Origin: Hypomesus transpacificus
Lineage: Eukaryota
NCBI RefSeq assembly: GCF_021917145.1
Contig: NC_061076.1
Coordinates: 13,160,768 to 13,224,767, forward strand
Length of the DNA stretch: 64,000 nucleotides
Reading direction: 5' to 3'
The position numbers and the translations under genes were made by a program. The notes below the pieces were generated by a model. That model searched no databases. It was not told where the DNA came from and saw only the letters and a list, made by a program, of their open reading frames with translations. Shown here piece after piece: positions 51,217 to 63,640 of this stretch; the first letter of the stretch is position 1; each line of letters starts with the position of its first letter.

Positions 51217-51586
51217 GTGAAATTAACATCGCAAACAAATCCACACACATGCAAAAACATAAAAATAAAAATATACATGCGTAAATATGTAAACATTTAC
51301 AAACAACCTCACCAATGTGTGGACTTTTTCTTCGTTTTAAAATATTTTCAATTGAATATTTATTGCTAAAGAAAGTCAACCCATGGCTACATTATAATAT
51401 ATAAGCAAGTTTATGATGTTCTGATGTCCTGCTTAATACCGGTAGTGGCAGCACTATCTATATTACACAGTTAACCACAATGTTAACTGGCGCAATTGAT
51501 ATGCTGGACACGGCCCTGTTTAAGTGAAGTTCTATTGTATGTTGTCATGACACTGGTTGCCATGCTCTTCTCTCCTACCAACCTAG

Positions 51587-51697
<111 letters not shown>

Positions 51698-51884
51698 TGA
51701 GATAGAGATCCATAAAGAGGTGTCAATCAGACTATTGTACATAGCCATGGAGGAAGTTCTGGTTATTTGGTCCTAAAGTTTAAAGCCAATTTCGTTATAA
51801 GACTTACTAGAAAGTCGCAATTGAAAGTTTAATATAGTCTTATGCTCTCTCCGTCTGCTTTTCTTTCGTTTCACTCCCTCCTAG

Positions 51885-52059
51885 GTCCTGGCTGCGGTGT
51901 ACAAGGCTCTGTCGGACCACCACGTCTACCTGGAGGGTACTCTGCTGAAGCCCAACATGGTGACCGCAGGACACTCCTGTCCCCAGAAATACAGCTCCCA
52001 GGAGATTGCCATGGCCACTGTCACTGCCTTGCGCCGCACCGTGCCTCCTGCTGTGCCCG
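51885..52059 (+). CDS. aldolase coding exon 5: [58 protein letters not shown](G)
   Basis: cctag acceptor ending 51884; GTAATT donor at 52060. Confidence 0.9.
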
Positions 52060-52216
52060 GTAATTCCACATTTACAGAAGGCGCTCATTAGATATACTGT
52101 ATGCATGAACAAAGATACATACTGCATTCGTACAGATTTATTTATTTTGTTATTTGCACCCTCCCTTCCTTGTCGTCAACTTACCTTCACCCCCTGTTCC
52201 TTCCTGTCCCCCCTAG

Positions 52217-52416
52217 GCATCACCTTCCTGTCTGGAGGCCAGAGCGAGGAGGAGGCCACCATCAACCTGAACGCCATGAACCAGTGTTCCCTACACCGGC
52301 CCTGGGCCATCACCTTCTCCTATGGCCGCGCCCTGCAGGCCTCTGCCCTCAAGGCCTGGGGAGGCAAAAAGGAGAATGGCAAAGCTTGCCAGGAGGAGTT
52401 CATCAAGAGAGCCATG
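52217..52416 (+). CDS. aldolase coding exon 6: (G)[66 protein letters not shown]
   Basis: ccctag acceptor ending 52216; GTAAAG donor at 52417. Confidence 0.9.
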
Positions 52417-52713
52417 GTAAAGAATGAGGGAGGGGTGGAAGCAGTAATAGAGGGATGAATGCATGTATTGTGAGATCAAGAGAGGAAGTCGAAGATGGAA
52501 AGATGGATGGAATGAGGAAGTGGATCAATGAGTTGATGGAGGACAGATAGATGTAACCCAATTGTGTATGTGTGTATATTATCAGCTGCTGATGTACAAA
52601 TACTTGTTATCCTCAAGTTCTAAGACAGACCCATACTTGCCTTTTATCTCTCTCCTCTACTCTCTTCCCCTTGTTCATCTTTATCTCTGTTGCATCCTTT
52701 CACTGTTTTACAG

Positions 52714-52809
52714 AACAACAGCCAGGCGTGTGTTGGCAAGTATCTTTCCACTGGAGACAAGGGAGCCGCCGGTGGAGAGTCTCTCTATGTGGCTAACCAC
52801 GCCTACTAA
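52714..52809 (+). CDS. aldolase coding exon 7 (last): NNSQACVGKYLSTGDKGAAGGESLYVANHAY*
   Basis: ttttacag acceptor ending 52713; TAA at 52807-52809; exon lengths sum to 1095 nt = 364 aa + stop. Confidence 0.9.
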   Translation, partial: NNSQACVGKYLSTGDKGAAGGESLYVANHAY

Positions 52810-54370
52810 GTGTTAACACACCCCTCTTCCCCCACCCTTGCAGCCAGTAGGGTTCTGCTTAAACACCCCTGATATGGGTCTATTACTGTCATCCTTCTGT
52901 CTTTCTGACAACACCCCACCTTTCCTTTTCAGGTCAACTTTTGTAGTTGTAATGTCACCGTTATGTTGTTATGTAAGACAGTTACATGTGTTGTGAACAT
53001 TTTTACTAGAGCACATAAGGCCCACCTTCAAGAGAGAAGACCATCCACTATTCCTTGATGTTAAGCCCCTCCCTCAGTGTGTTGTACTCTTATATTCAGT
53101 CCCCCATCCTGCCTCTCTGATCCCCTGTGATTCTGTGATGTAATCTTGGATGATTCTTTATACATGTGCCTTCATCTCTTTACTGAAACAACTCCTGGAG
53201 GAAGACCTTGTAGAGAATAATACTGTTGTTTAATACACTGGAAACAGAATTAAATAATCCTATTCACTAATTGCCTTGTAGTCCATTAAATAAGATGTGT
53301 GTTTTTCAAATAGTATTTTTACATTCACTATACTGAGGTACAGGGATATAATGAAACCGCAATCTAAACATTTCTTGTTTCGCCATGCTATCCACTATGG
53401 GTGGACTATGCATGGTCTATGGTTGGTCCATGCGTGCAGTGCTAGACAAGATGATGCAGTGTTTCCCACAGATTAGAAAGCAATTTGTGGCGAGGGGGGG
53501 GGGGGGGTTGTTCGTTACCCAGATTTTTTAATTTTATTAAATATATATGTAGTAGCTGTTGGATGCTGTCCTCCTCTCCTACTCTTTCTTAAATGCCTAA
53601 CGACTCTATCTCTTTCTCTCCCTGACCCTGTCTTTATGCTTGAGCAGTACTGGCTGAAGCCTGACAATATTGTAACCAATTTCTGCATATTTGCATGTAG
53701 CAACGCTAGTGCTAAATAACTATGGAAAGCCAACAGGGTCATATGTACGCGTAATTTAAACACGTATTTTTTGAGTCCAGAACCTGGCAGATCAGCTCCA
53801 GTTTGCCTACATGAAGAGTAGAAGTCTAGATGATGCTCCCCTTACATTGCTGCATCATGTACTGCCCCCATCTGGAAAAACTCAAAGGATTGTGTTTGTG
53901 GAAATCTCTAGTGCCTTTAACAGAATGTAACCACATCTGTTGGGAATACAACTACTAAACATGAGTAAATCCTTGATTCATACTGCAGATAATTAAATTC
54001 CTAACACACACAGGGTTTTGTCTTCTCCCTGGACAAAATACTTATGCAATGTTCGTATTCTGTGATTCATTTCATTATTTTATTCTATGCTTTATTATAC
54101 ATACATATCATAGTTATCTGAGGAAATATAACTTCAACTCAAATCTGTTATACTTTACTTGTGTGATGTGGGATGGATGGGGCTTTGGAGGATCCACCAC
54201 TTCTTTCTCTTCTGCTGCTGGTGGTGAACCTTTATAGTGGATGGATGGCCTGCATGAAGATGCTTCATTTGGTGTGGATGGGCATGCTAGATGATGTTTT
54301 GTATTGGACATGACTCAAAAAATTGACCAAAACATTGACCGTGTCAGTGGATCAGATCATCTTTCATATA

Positions 54371-56021
54371 CAGTGCCCTCCAAAAGTATTGGAACAGTGA
54401 GGCGAATTCCTTTATTTTTGCTGTAGACTGAAAACATTTGGGCTTGACATCAAATAATGAACGTGAGACCAGAGATCAACGTTTCAGCTTTTATTTCCAG
54501 GTATTTACATCAGGATCTGATGCACAACTAAGAAAATATCACATTTTGTTTGAATCCACCCATTTGTCATGTGAGCAAAAGTATTGGAACAGATATACTT
54601 AAAACATATTTAAGTGAATAAGACTTAATATTTAGTTGCAAATCCTTTGCTTTCAATAACTGCAGCAAGTCTGTGACCCATTGACGTCACCAAACTTTTG
54701 CATTCTTCCTTTTTGATGCTTTCCCAGGCTTTCACTGCAGCCTCTTTCAGTTGTTGTTTGTTTTGTGGGGTTCCTCCCTTCAGTCTCCTCTTAAGCAGGT
54801 AAAATGCATGCTCTATAGGGTTTAAGTCTGGAGATTGACTTGGCCAGTCTAATACCTTCCATTTCTTGCCCCTGATGAACTCCTTTGTTGTTTTGGCAGT
54901 GTGTTTTGGGTCGTTATCTTGCTGCATGATGAAGGCTCTGCCAATCAGTTTGGTTGCATCTTTCCTTAAATTGGCAGACAAAATGTTTCTGTAGACTTCC
55001 GAGTTCATTTTGCTGCTGCCATCATGTGTTACATCCTCAATGAAGATTAATGAGCCCGTCCTAGAAGAAGCCATGCAAGCCCAAGCCATGACATTACCTC
55101 CACCGTGTTTCACAGATGAGCTTGTGTGTTTGGGATCATGAGCAGTTCCTTTCTTTCTCCAAACTTTAGCCTTTCCATCACTTTGGTAAAAGTTAATCTT
55201 TGTCTCATCAGTCCATAAAACTTTGTCCCAGAATTTTTGAGGTTCATCTCTGTACTTTTTGGCAAATTCCAGCCTGGCCTTCCTATTCTTCTTGCTAATG
55301 AGTGGTTTGCATCTTCTGGTGTAGCCCTTGTACTTTTGTTCATGAAGTCTTCTGCGAACAGTAGATAGTGATACCTTCACTCCTGCCATCTGGAGGTTGT
55401 TGCTGATCTCACTAACAGTTGTTTTAGGGTCTTTCTTTACAGCTCTCACAATGTTTCTGTCATCAACTGCTGATGTTTTCCTTGGTCTACCTGTTCGACG
55501 TCTGTTACTTAGTACACCAGTAGTTTTCTTCTTCTTCAGGACATTCCAAATGGTTGTACTGGCTATGGCCAATGTTTCTGCAATGGCTCTGATTGATTTT
55601 CCATCTTCTCTAAGACTCACAATTGCTTGTTTTTCACCCAAAGACAGCGCTCCGGTTTTCATGTTGTTTTCACCTCTGAATACAGTCTGCATAGACAAAA
55701 CCTATCTTACCCAATCTGAACCTGAGTGTAGACATTCAGTGGTATTTATTGATTGAATAATGTATGTAATAGGACACACCTGGGCAACAAAACACACCTG
55801 TCAGTCATATGTTCCAATACTTTTGCTCACGTGACAAATGGGTGGGTTCGAACAAAAAGGTGATATTTTCTAATTTGTGCATCAGATCCTGATGTAAATA
55901 CCTGGAAATAAAAGCTGAAACGTTGATCTCTGGTTTCACATTCATCGTTTGATGTCAAGCCCAAATGTTTTCAGTCTACAGCAAAAATAAAGGAATTGGC
56001 CTCACTGTTCCAATACTTTTG
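54371..56021 (-). mobile_element. Tc1/mariner (Tc1-like, IR/DR-type) DNA transposon, 1651 bp, TA-flanked, apparently intact
   Basis: TA at 54369-54370 and 56022-56023; ~225-bp TIRs (cagtgccctccaaaagtattggaacag... outer and inner caaaagtattggaacag direct repeats) at 54371-54600 and 55795-56021. Confidence 0.85.
54625..55698 (-). CDS. Tc1-like transposase, 357 aa, uninterrupted (paired-like HTH N-terminus; DDE: WTDETK / QQDNDPKH / NPIEH; C-terminal GFATKY)
   Basis: ORF track protein; D..D(33-34)E spacing counted by hand. Confidence 0.85.
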   Translation of the reverse strand: MSMQTVFRGENNMKTGALSLGEKQAIVSLREDGKSIRAIAETLAIASTTIWNVLKKKKTTGVLSNRRRTGRPRKTSAVDDRNIVRAVKKDPKTTVSEISNNLQMAGVKVSLSTVRRRLHEQKYKGYTRRCKPLISKKNRKARLEFAKKYRDEPQKFWDKVLWTDETKINFYQSDGKAKVWRKKGTAHDPKHTSSSVKHGGGNVMAWACMASSRTGSLIFIEDVTHDGSSKMNSEVYRNILSANLRKDATKLIGRAFIMQQDNDPKHTAKTTKEFIRGKKWKVLDWPSQSPDLNPIEHAFYLLKRRLKGGTPQNKQQLKEAAVKAWESIKKEECKSLVTSMGHRLAAVIESKGFATKY

Positions 56022-56551
56022 GAGGGCACTGTACCTGTAATTACTGCACATGCCAGTGTGCAAGCTTTCATTAGCCATACTATAAACCTACTAATTTCAG
56101 TGTAATTTTGGCAAACCACTACTGTACAATTATTACAAGTTTCTCATTTTGACACACGATAACGCTCACCACACCAGTTGCCAGTTCACACACACTTTCA
56201 CCAACAAGATACAACCGTGTCCTATAACAACGTTTGCGTGAGTTTTGGCGTGTTTACAGTAGCCTATTATTGGCCGGCAAGGCTGTGATTGGAATACGGG
56301 ACTGGAGCTGTCCACGACGGGACCAATCAAAATCAGCCATAATTCGGGATGTCCCGGACAATTCGGGACGGTTGGCAACCCTATGGACACCGGTAGCTAA
56401 GTTTGAAATCTCCTGAATCGCGACGTAGGCTTCTTCCTGTCATTGCACAGTGTTTTTTTTTTGCGTTTCACGGCAGAGTTGGATTGCTGGAACTGGTGAG
56501 AGACATTAACTTGATTGTGCCAGTTGGGTTACAGAAGAAGACGGACCAGGG

Positions 56552-57826
56552 GTGACAAGCAGGTTTTTGTACCTATTCGTTCTTTCAGTTGAGTGCCACC
56601 GTCGGCTCATTTGTCTTGCACGAGTAAATTGTTGTGTGCGCGCAGTTTTGAGTTTTACTGTTTTAGTTTTTGTGCATTGGGGCATACAACGAGTGGAAGA
56701 TATTGATGCAGAAGATGCGGACGGGGTTCAACCGCTTCATAATACTTCACAGGCCATGCTGCGGTTTACTGGACATTTCCCGCCTATATTTCTGGGGGAC
56801 GGGAAAGAAGATTTTCTTCACTGGTGCAAACGGTTTGAAGTGACTGTGGAGGCTGGTATGGATTTTGATAATGATAAACTAGCTAAACTTTTGCTCACTT
56901 GCCTTGGTGGTACGGCTTTTAGTTATTGGGACAGTTTGCCTAGTGATAGAAAGAAAAGACTACAGACTGGTGAAAGAGAAGTTGAAAGGACCTTTTGGCC
57001 AAACAATCTACCTCTCCACTTTTCAGAGCTATGTGAATGCTCGTACACGTTTGCCTGGGGAGGCTCTCCAAGTTTTAGCTGCTGACATTAGCCGCTTAGG
57101 GGATTAGGCTTTGCCCACATCATTTTTTGTTTTCACATGAGATGAATGCAAGAAACAGAGAAAAATTCAGGCGATTTATTGCGAATTGAACAGTATCTTC
57201 AGCTTCATATACATGAACAAGGCATGAACACATTGCATGCTGCTCTTGCCATGGCTCTAGAGATTGAACAGGGGCATCAGGCCAGCAAGATTCTGATGCC
57301 TTCACACACGCAACTGTGGTCATCACCAACAGCAGGAGTTTTCCCTGCATCCACTGTTAAGGTTCCTCCACAAAGTTCACCTGCCTCCTCCTGTGCTCTG
57401 GCAGCTGCAATTCCTTCGGCGGTTAACTTAGCGACATCCGGGGATGTCAGTACACTGCAGAGGACCTTGGAGAGTTTGTCGGACAGAGTGGATCAGCTTC
57501 AGCTCGAGGTCAGTAGGCAGAGGTATGCTAATAGTCGTCCTTCTCCAGAACGCCAGCGGCGTAGTTTTACTCCGGAGGGCGCACGAGGCCGTACATTTAA
57601 GCGACACAAGTATGACAGACATGCATATGAAGCGAATGACCGACGTGGATCTGATCACCGGGACAGTAGTGGTGATAGGACCTATAGGGGTTCACACCGA
57701 CGTGAGGATTATCATTCGTTTGGGGGCTACTCAATGAAACGGCAGAGTCACCACTCACCAAGCCCGGGCCATGTACGCTTTCAGTCCCTTTCACGTGCTT
57801 ACCAGACCCAGGAAAACTACAAGTAG
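56552..57826 (+). pseudogene. LTR-retrotransposon Gag (Retrotrans_gag-like core), frameshift near 56920; no downstream pol on this strand
   Basis: MLRFTGHFPPIFLGDGKEDFLHWCKRFEVTVEAGMDFDNDKLAKLLLTCLGGTAFSYW...; continues in other frame ...GPFGQTIYLSTFQSYVNARTRLPGEALQVLAADISRL and 57146-57826. Confidence 0.55.
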
Positions 57827-57954
57827 TTGACAAGTAGGGCCACTTGCCAGCTGCCGATGATAGGCCCCATGGTAACAGCGATCTAAAACAAGTAATTCTG
57901 AATGCTGATGTTATGACTCAATATGTGCCACTAGTCATTGAAAGCACCTTAGGC

Positions 57955-58918
57955 CACGTTTACACATAGCCGGGTATTTACAGAAACAAATATTTCTGCC
58001 CCTCCGTTTTCTAAAATAACGTCGTACACACAAGTACGTTTTCTAAAATGTTTCTGTTTACATGAACCCGCATATACGCCCCCGAGCGCCATCATAACTA
58101 TGCCAAACCTGTAGGCGTCAGTGTAATGTGAAGGATAAAGCCATGCAAACCAATCACAATTTTCAAAATCAACAACTACGAATAACACGACCGACTTCCT
58201 TTACCTTTCAGGCGCGAGGTTCATTTGTTTGAATGATTCACAAATGCGATGCACAAATGTATTTTGTGATTCAGAAATGTAACGCAATTCACAAATAAAT
58301 GACCCTTATGCTAGTTGTGTTCGACTTCATGCACCACCAGCGGTGCCGACAGCCGGCTGCGTTGAAGCTGAGAAAGCAATTGGCTGCTTCAAGTCAGCCG
58401 GGCTGCAGGCGACGCCGGCGCTGCATGAAGTCAAACGCACATGTTACTATAAACAAGACGCTCTCATGACGTGATGCTTTTTTAGTCCCATACTGTGATA
58501 ACGTAGTGTCCATTAAATGAGGATTCAATCCAGGTGATCATGTTCAGTATTTAATATAAGAACTCACAGAGGTTGTAGATGACAGACATCGCTCAGGTTG
58601 GGTCTCTGCTTAATCTACTGTCAAGGTCTTGACCTTCAGGGTTAACTGCACCTTCTGATGGCGTGGGGTGGTATTACAATAGTATCTATATGAACCAGAT
58701 GATCACGATACCACACATACTGTGAGCTTTGAGAAATTAAAACTCTGTTTAAGCTAGTGCACACGCAAACACAAAAACAGAGTTTTCAGAAATCTCCACT
58801 TTGGCCGGAGTTTTTAGAAATGATCGTTTTCCGTGATAAAACCTCCGTTTTAGTGTAAATGAAAGGCCACACCGCATGAAAATATATGCGTTTTTCTTCC
58901 GTGTAAACGGGGCCTTTG
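57955..58918. mobile_element. MITE (~960 bp) with TIR ggcc(a/c)cgtttacac...; contains palindrome 58325-58425 and a fragment of the 12.5-kb MITE family
   Basis: 57955 ggccacgtttacacatagccgg...ccgttttctaaaa vs rc of 58790-58918 ggccccgtttacacggaag... Confidence 0.45.
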
Positions 58919-59510
58919 TTGTTGTGGTGGTTTGCAGTGTTGTGTGACCTGCCCGAGTTCACCGGGGCCTTGGGGGTAGTCTCTTAGTTGGGGGGCATAT
59001 CGAAGCTTGCTGGGGCCTTTAGTAGTCTTACCTTATCCGGCATAACTGGTAGTAGCCGCATGAATTGTAATACTTATGTAACCCATAATAAAGACTGAAC
59101 CTTTTCCAAAGTCCGTGGTGCAGCTTCGCTTTGTATGCATTCTCCTTTCTGAAATAATCTGGCAACATTCTAGGTTTATTACAATATGATGGTGAGACAG
59201 TGCTGAATTTTGATTTAAAATTTGAGTTGATTGTAAGGGGCTTATGGAACAATTATCACTCAGTACAAGCTAAATAATACTGCTGGATAAAATATTCATG
59301 ATAATTAAGAAATCGAGTGAAAAAAACGTGTGTGAGGAAAACAAAATATACAAATATTAAGAGTAATCATTTACTTTCTGCAGTCTGACTACAGTACGGT
59401 CATCCGCGTCGCCAATTCCAACTGTTTCCAAAATGTGCGTAGGCCTACTCTGAGGGTCAGAGTCTGCGTGGAGGACCGCACATCCTCCCGTCAAGGTTGT
59501 TTTTTATAAA

Positions 59511-60649
59511 TCACAACCTTTGCGTGGAAAGTGGCAAACGCACATTTTCAGCCCCGTTTTGTGCGTACGCAAGCTTTATAAATGAGACCCCAGGTCTCTT
59601 CAGCCGATCCAAGAACATGTGAAGCTTCTCAAGAGCAGGTTTGGCTCCCACAAAGTTAGTGCCCTGATCAGACCACAGCTTACTGGGATGCCCTCTTATC
59701 GAAGTGAATCTGTGAAAGGCCAGCATGAAACCCTCTGATGACTGGTCACTAACTACATCAGTGGTTATTGCCCTCGAAGCCATCAGACGACAATCCCCCA
59801 GACCTTGAGGTTGACTCTCTTCTTAACCTCATCTCTTACCTCGTAAGGGCCAAACAGGTCCACAGTTGTGAACTCAAATGGTGCAGCTGGGCCTGTCCGC
59901 TCAGGTGGAAGGTCAATCATGATCTGCTGACAATGTTTTGCTTGGGCCTTTCTGCAGACCACACAGCTGTCCACAATCTTCTTGGCAAGCCTTCTACCTT
60001 TTATTACCCAGGCCTTCCTCCTCAGCTTGAGAATGGTTCCTGCTATTCGGTCATGGTTCTCTTTGTGGGCTTCTCGTGCCAGCATCGTAGACACCCATGC
60101 CTCACATGGTAGAAGTGGCACTGCAGTCTTGTCTTCATTGAACGTTTGCATTCTGCCTCCACAAACAAAGAGTCCAGTATTCACATCTTTGTAAACAGTT
60201 AGTCTGCTTAGAGTAGTATCTGGGAAAGTTACACCCTCTTGAGCTCCGAGAAAGAGATCCCTCAGTGCGTCTTGACGTTCTCCCACCATCAGCACAGCTT
60301 GCTTGACCTTGTCTTTAAGTGCCTTTGCCTCCCACTTTGGTCCTCTGCGTTTTTCCTCCAGGTGAGAAAACACAGGCAGTCTTGCGATTTCTCACATAGC
60401 CAGTTGTGCGATACAGCCAGCTGGTTTATCCCCCATGTTGACTCTTGTAATGGCATATTCATCCATCTTCTTATCCTCACTGTCCCTCCAGACAAATCTA
60501 TGAAGATGCATTTCCTGCTGCTCCAACCACACTGGATTGTAAATCTTCTTGATGTCTCCTAGAGCTGTGTACACACCTCTTCTTAATCTCAAAAGGCCAG
60601 CTCTGATTGGGTTGAGAATATCTGGCCCCTTCAGCAGAATATCATTCAT
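59511..60649 (-). pseudogene. BEL/Pao-like pol fragments: RT (60392-60649) fused by deletion directly to integrase zinc-binding (59783-60373) and integrase core (59511-59783); RNase H missing
   Basis: LLKGPDILNPIRAGLLRLRRGVYTALGDIKKIYNPVWLEQQEMHLHRFVWR (RT); HDRIAGTILKLRRKAWVIKGRRL..CVVCRK (HHCC); ITTDVVSDQSSEGFM..SDQGTNFVGA (DDE core). Confidence 0.6.
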
Positions 60650-62280
60650 GCTAAACCCTCTGAACTTCTGACTGCCTACTATCTAGAGGCAGTAGACTAC
60701 TATCTGTAGTAGGTGAAAGTTAGTGTGTGAGTAGGTCTGGGTTGGCGCCCTCGACCTAGGCCACAATCAGTCCGAGTCTCTCTATGCAGATAGTGTTGGC
60801 AAGGAGACGTCCTTGGTCATGACCCGGGTAGAGACCAAGCCACAGATGTTGATGGTGGGGGAGTGGGAAGGGAAGAGCAAGATGGTCTCGCTTCAGCGCT
60901 CTCCAGGGGAGTTGTTTTCCAGCAACGGCCTTGGCCAAGGCCTGAGCTGGTTACGGGGTCTAAAGTGGATAAGATTGGTGTAGATGTTTAGACGAGTAGA
61001 CGCGACTCAATTTTCACGTCCACCCTTCAGGAAGGCCTCCAGATCCTCGAACCTTCTTTGCTGAGCCGCGAACTTATCCCTGTTGTACTCCCTATTCTGC
61101 TGTAAGTTCACAGTCAGTGCTCCAACGGCTCTGCCCACCGTCTCAATCGGGTCGGGCAGCCTATGGGGGCTTTTGATGGCTGCAGCCGTTTCCTTGACTT
61201 TCCGATATACAAGCCAACCGCCTAATCCACACAGCAGAAAGCCTGTAATCATGGTTCCGAAAATAAGATGATGTCTTCAACAAATAAGAAGATGTCTTCA
61301 ACATCCTCAACGGAAAGCGCCGCTAGACAAACGACACACCAATTGTCCCACGCGTCCATCGTGTAGCCAGCTGCAAACGTCCCGTCCGGACATTTGGGTT
61401 CCCCCGAACCCAAGCTTCTCTTCGAGAAGATGGTGTCAATTGCATTGAGAGACCAGCTAATTAATTCCATGCTTCCAGTTTCGGAGAGTGATGGTGAGAG
61501 AGTATCTTGAGACAGACAAGACAGAGCGAAGCAGGGAAGGTCAGGGAGGGGAGGATAGAAAAATGCGACCGCCTTCGTCGAGAGCCAAGAGGGAAACCCT
61601 CCAGAATGTGGCCTCCACAGCATTTCTGTTGTAGGGAAGTGATGCAGGTTCCTCAGTCCATGGATATCTAGCGTCCCAGTGTGGAGTCGTCACATTAGCA
61701 TCTCCCTTCAGATGAGGCCTCCCCTAATGATTTCCAGTTCCCTCTCCTCCGCCAAGGTCATCTCTTATCCTCCTGGTTGGCAGTTTCCACACCGACACCC
61801 TCCACATCTTGGTTCACAGGCTGCTCCAATGCTGTCCCATTGCCACCAGTCCAAGAACTCCCGTTGGGTTGCACCTGTAGCAGCTCTAACTTTAGCCATG
61901 TTTTCCTCCCGCATCTGGGTTGTTGGGCTGACAATCTCCTCGTATTTCACTGCGGCTGTTCTCATGGAGCGAGTAAAGTGGGCCTTGGATTCATGTGCTG
62001 CCGCCTCTATCTTCTCAAACAAGGAGGGGTGTGCTATGCCTACTGTTTTCCCTAATGGACTTTCGCATAAGACAAGGTCTCGGACAACTCTCACCCTTTG
62101 TGGTGCTAATGGCTAATGAGAAGTTCCACCTCTTTTGGTCTCCTTATATCCGCTAGTTCTACCTCTGGGAAGAATTTATGTAGCTCCTCTGCTTCGACCT
62201 CTTTGTGCACCTTGGCAATATCATCCAGGCCATAGCAGACAAGTTCATGAGCTGTTTCCGTTCTTTTAGGCGTCCTGACT

Positions 62281-62900
62281 TACATTTACATTTATGCATT
62301 TAGCAGATGCTTTTATCCAAAACGACTTCCAAGAAAGAGCTTTACAAAAGAGCATAGGTCACTGATCATAACAACGAGGTAGTCCCAAACATTACAAGCA
62401 GCCAAAATATGAAGCATACATTGTGAAAAACTAAACAAGTGCCAAAGGGAAGACCCATAAGAGCATGCAGTTATACAAGTTACAAATTAAAACAACATGA
62501 ACCCCAAAAAGTGCAAGACTGTACCTGTAGAGGAACAATCAACAGTAAAATATTTCACAGCGAGTACAAGAGTTCAAGAGTTAACTTTGTTATAACTAAC
62601 CTACAAGAGCAACAAGTCTCTCAATAAGAGTCATTGTGATCCTGGAGGAAACTAACATCAGGTCCGGCCAAGCATTCCTAAGTGCCGTTGTACTCCCAGA
62701 ACAAGTGCGTCTTGAGCCTTTTCTTGAAGGTGGGGAGACAGTCAGTGTCCCTGATGGTTCCACCATTGGGGGGCCAGGCAGGAGAAGAGCTTGTGTTGGG
62801 ACCGGGCAGTCTTGAGCGGTGGGACCACCAGGCGGTTGTCTGAAGAAGACCGTAGGTGATGGGTGGGGGTGCAAGTAGTAAATTACGTTGTGTCCTTGGG
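62281..62900 (-). mobile_element. SINE/LINE-tail repeat (encodes the common fish ..FKKRLKTHLF.. tail peptide); 5' part identical to insertion at 20055-20235
   Basis: ORF 62678-62908 (-) ...PTFKKRLKTHLFWEY; shared 175-bp string with 20055-20235. Confidence 0.55.
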
Positions 62901-62995
62901 CAAGGCACTTCACCCTACTTGCCTCGGGGGAATGTCCATTTACTGTAAGTCGCTATGGATGCGACATGACTAAATGTAAATGTAACAAGGGGCTC
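62880..62995 (+). mobile_element. tRNA-derived SINE 3' fragment
   Basis: ggcaaggcacttcaccctacttgcctcggggg...gtaagtcgctatggat...ctaaatgtaaatgtaac. Confidence 0.7.
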
Positions 62996-63529
62996 ACAGA
63001 CAGGCCCCCCACCACACTGACTCTGGGACCCCTGTACACAATGCACTGCAGTTCTGATTCTGAATAGAGGAACATGCTGAAGAATAATGTAAGAGATCCA
63101 TGTTGTACAATAAAGCCTTTATTTTGTTCCCCTTTATTGGTTATCCTGTAAATGAAGGTGCACAAAAAATAAGATTTTTAGTTTAGTTACAATTACACAC
63201 AATTAGTTACAAAGCTCACAAATACTTTAGTCAAAGCTTTACTTTACAGGGTTAGACTTACATTCAGCTGCCGTTTAAGCATTTTTACCTCCAATTCCAT
63301 CTTCATTGAGCTCAAGTGGAGGTTGTGAATTTTGGCACGCAAGTAGTGCTTTTATAGCATGCGCACATCTTCACAGTCACACTGGAAAAAAGACAAACCA
63401 TTCATAATTTTGTTCAATGTGGTGGTCAGATGCCAACTAAACTCAGATATACACAATGTGAGGGTATTTAATGAGAACTCACCTCCCCACCCCCAGTTCC
63501 CAAAGTGAGAGGGGCCAGGCTCCAGCAGA

Positions 63530-63640
63530 TCAGGCCCTGCTCCAACACACCTGATTCAAATGAATGGTCGTTAACAAGTTTCTGCAGAGCTGGATAACGA
63601 CCCATTCATTTGAATCAGGTGTGTTGGAGCAGGGAAATAT
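63530..63640. mobile_element. hairpin MITE (same family as 4975-5062)
   Basis: ctccaacacacctgattcaaatgaatgg...cccattcatttgaatcaggtgtgttggag. Confidence 0.5.

Noticed and set aside
55110-55756. ORFs 55110-55343 (-) and 55397-55756 (+) inside the Tc1 element
   Set aside because: They are alternative-frame or antisense to the 357-aa transposase ORF.
61007-61252. ORF with hydrophobic N-terminus (MITGFLLCGLGGWLVYRKV...) that could be taken for a small membrane protein
   Set aside because: It lies within degenerate BEL/Pao-like retroelement sequence on the pol strand and has no independent support. It is most likely an accidental frame.
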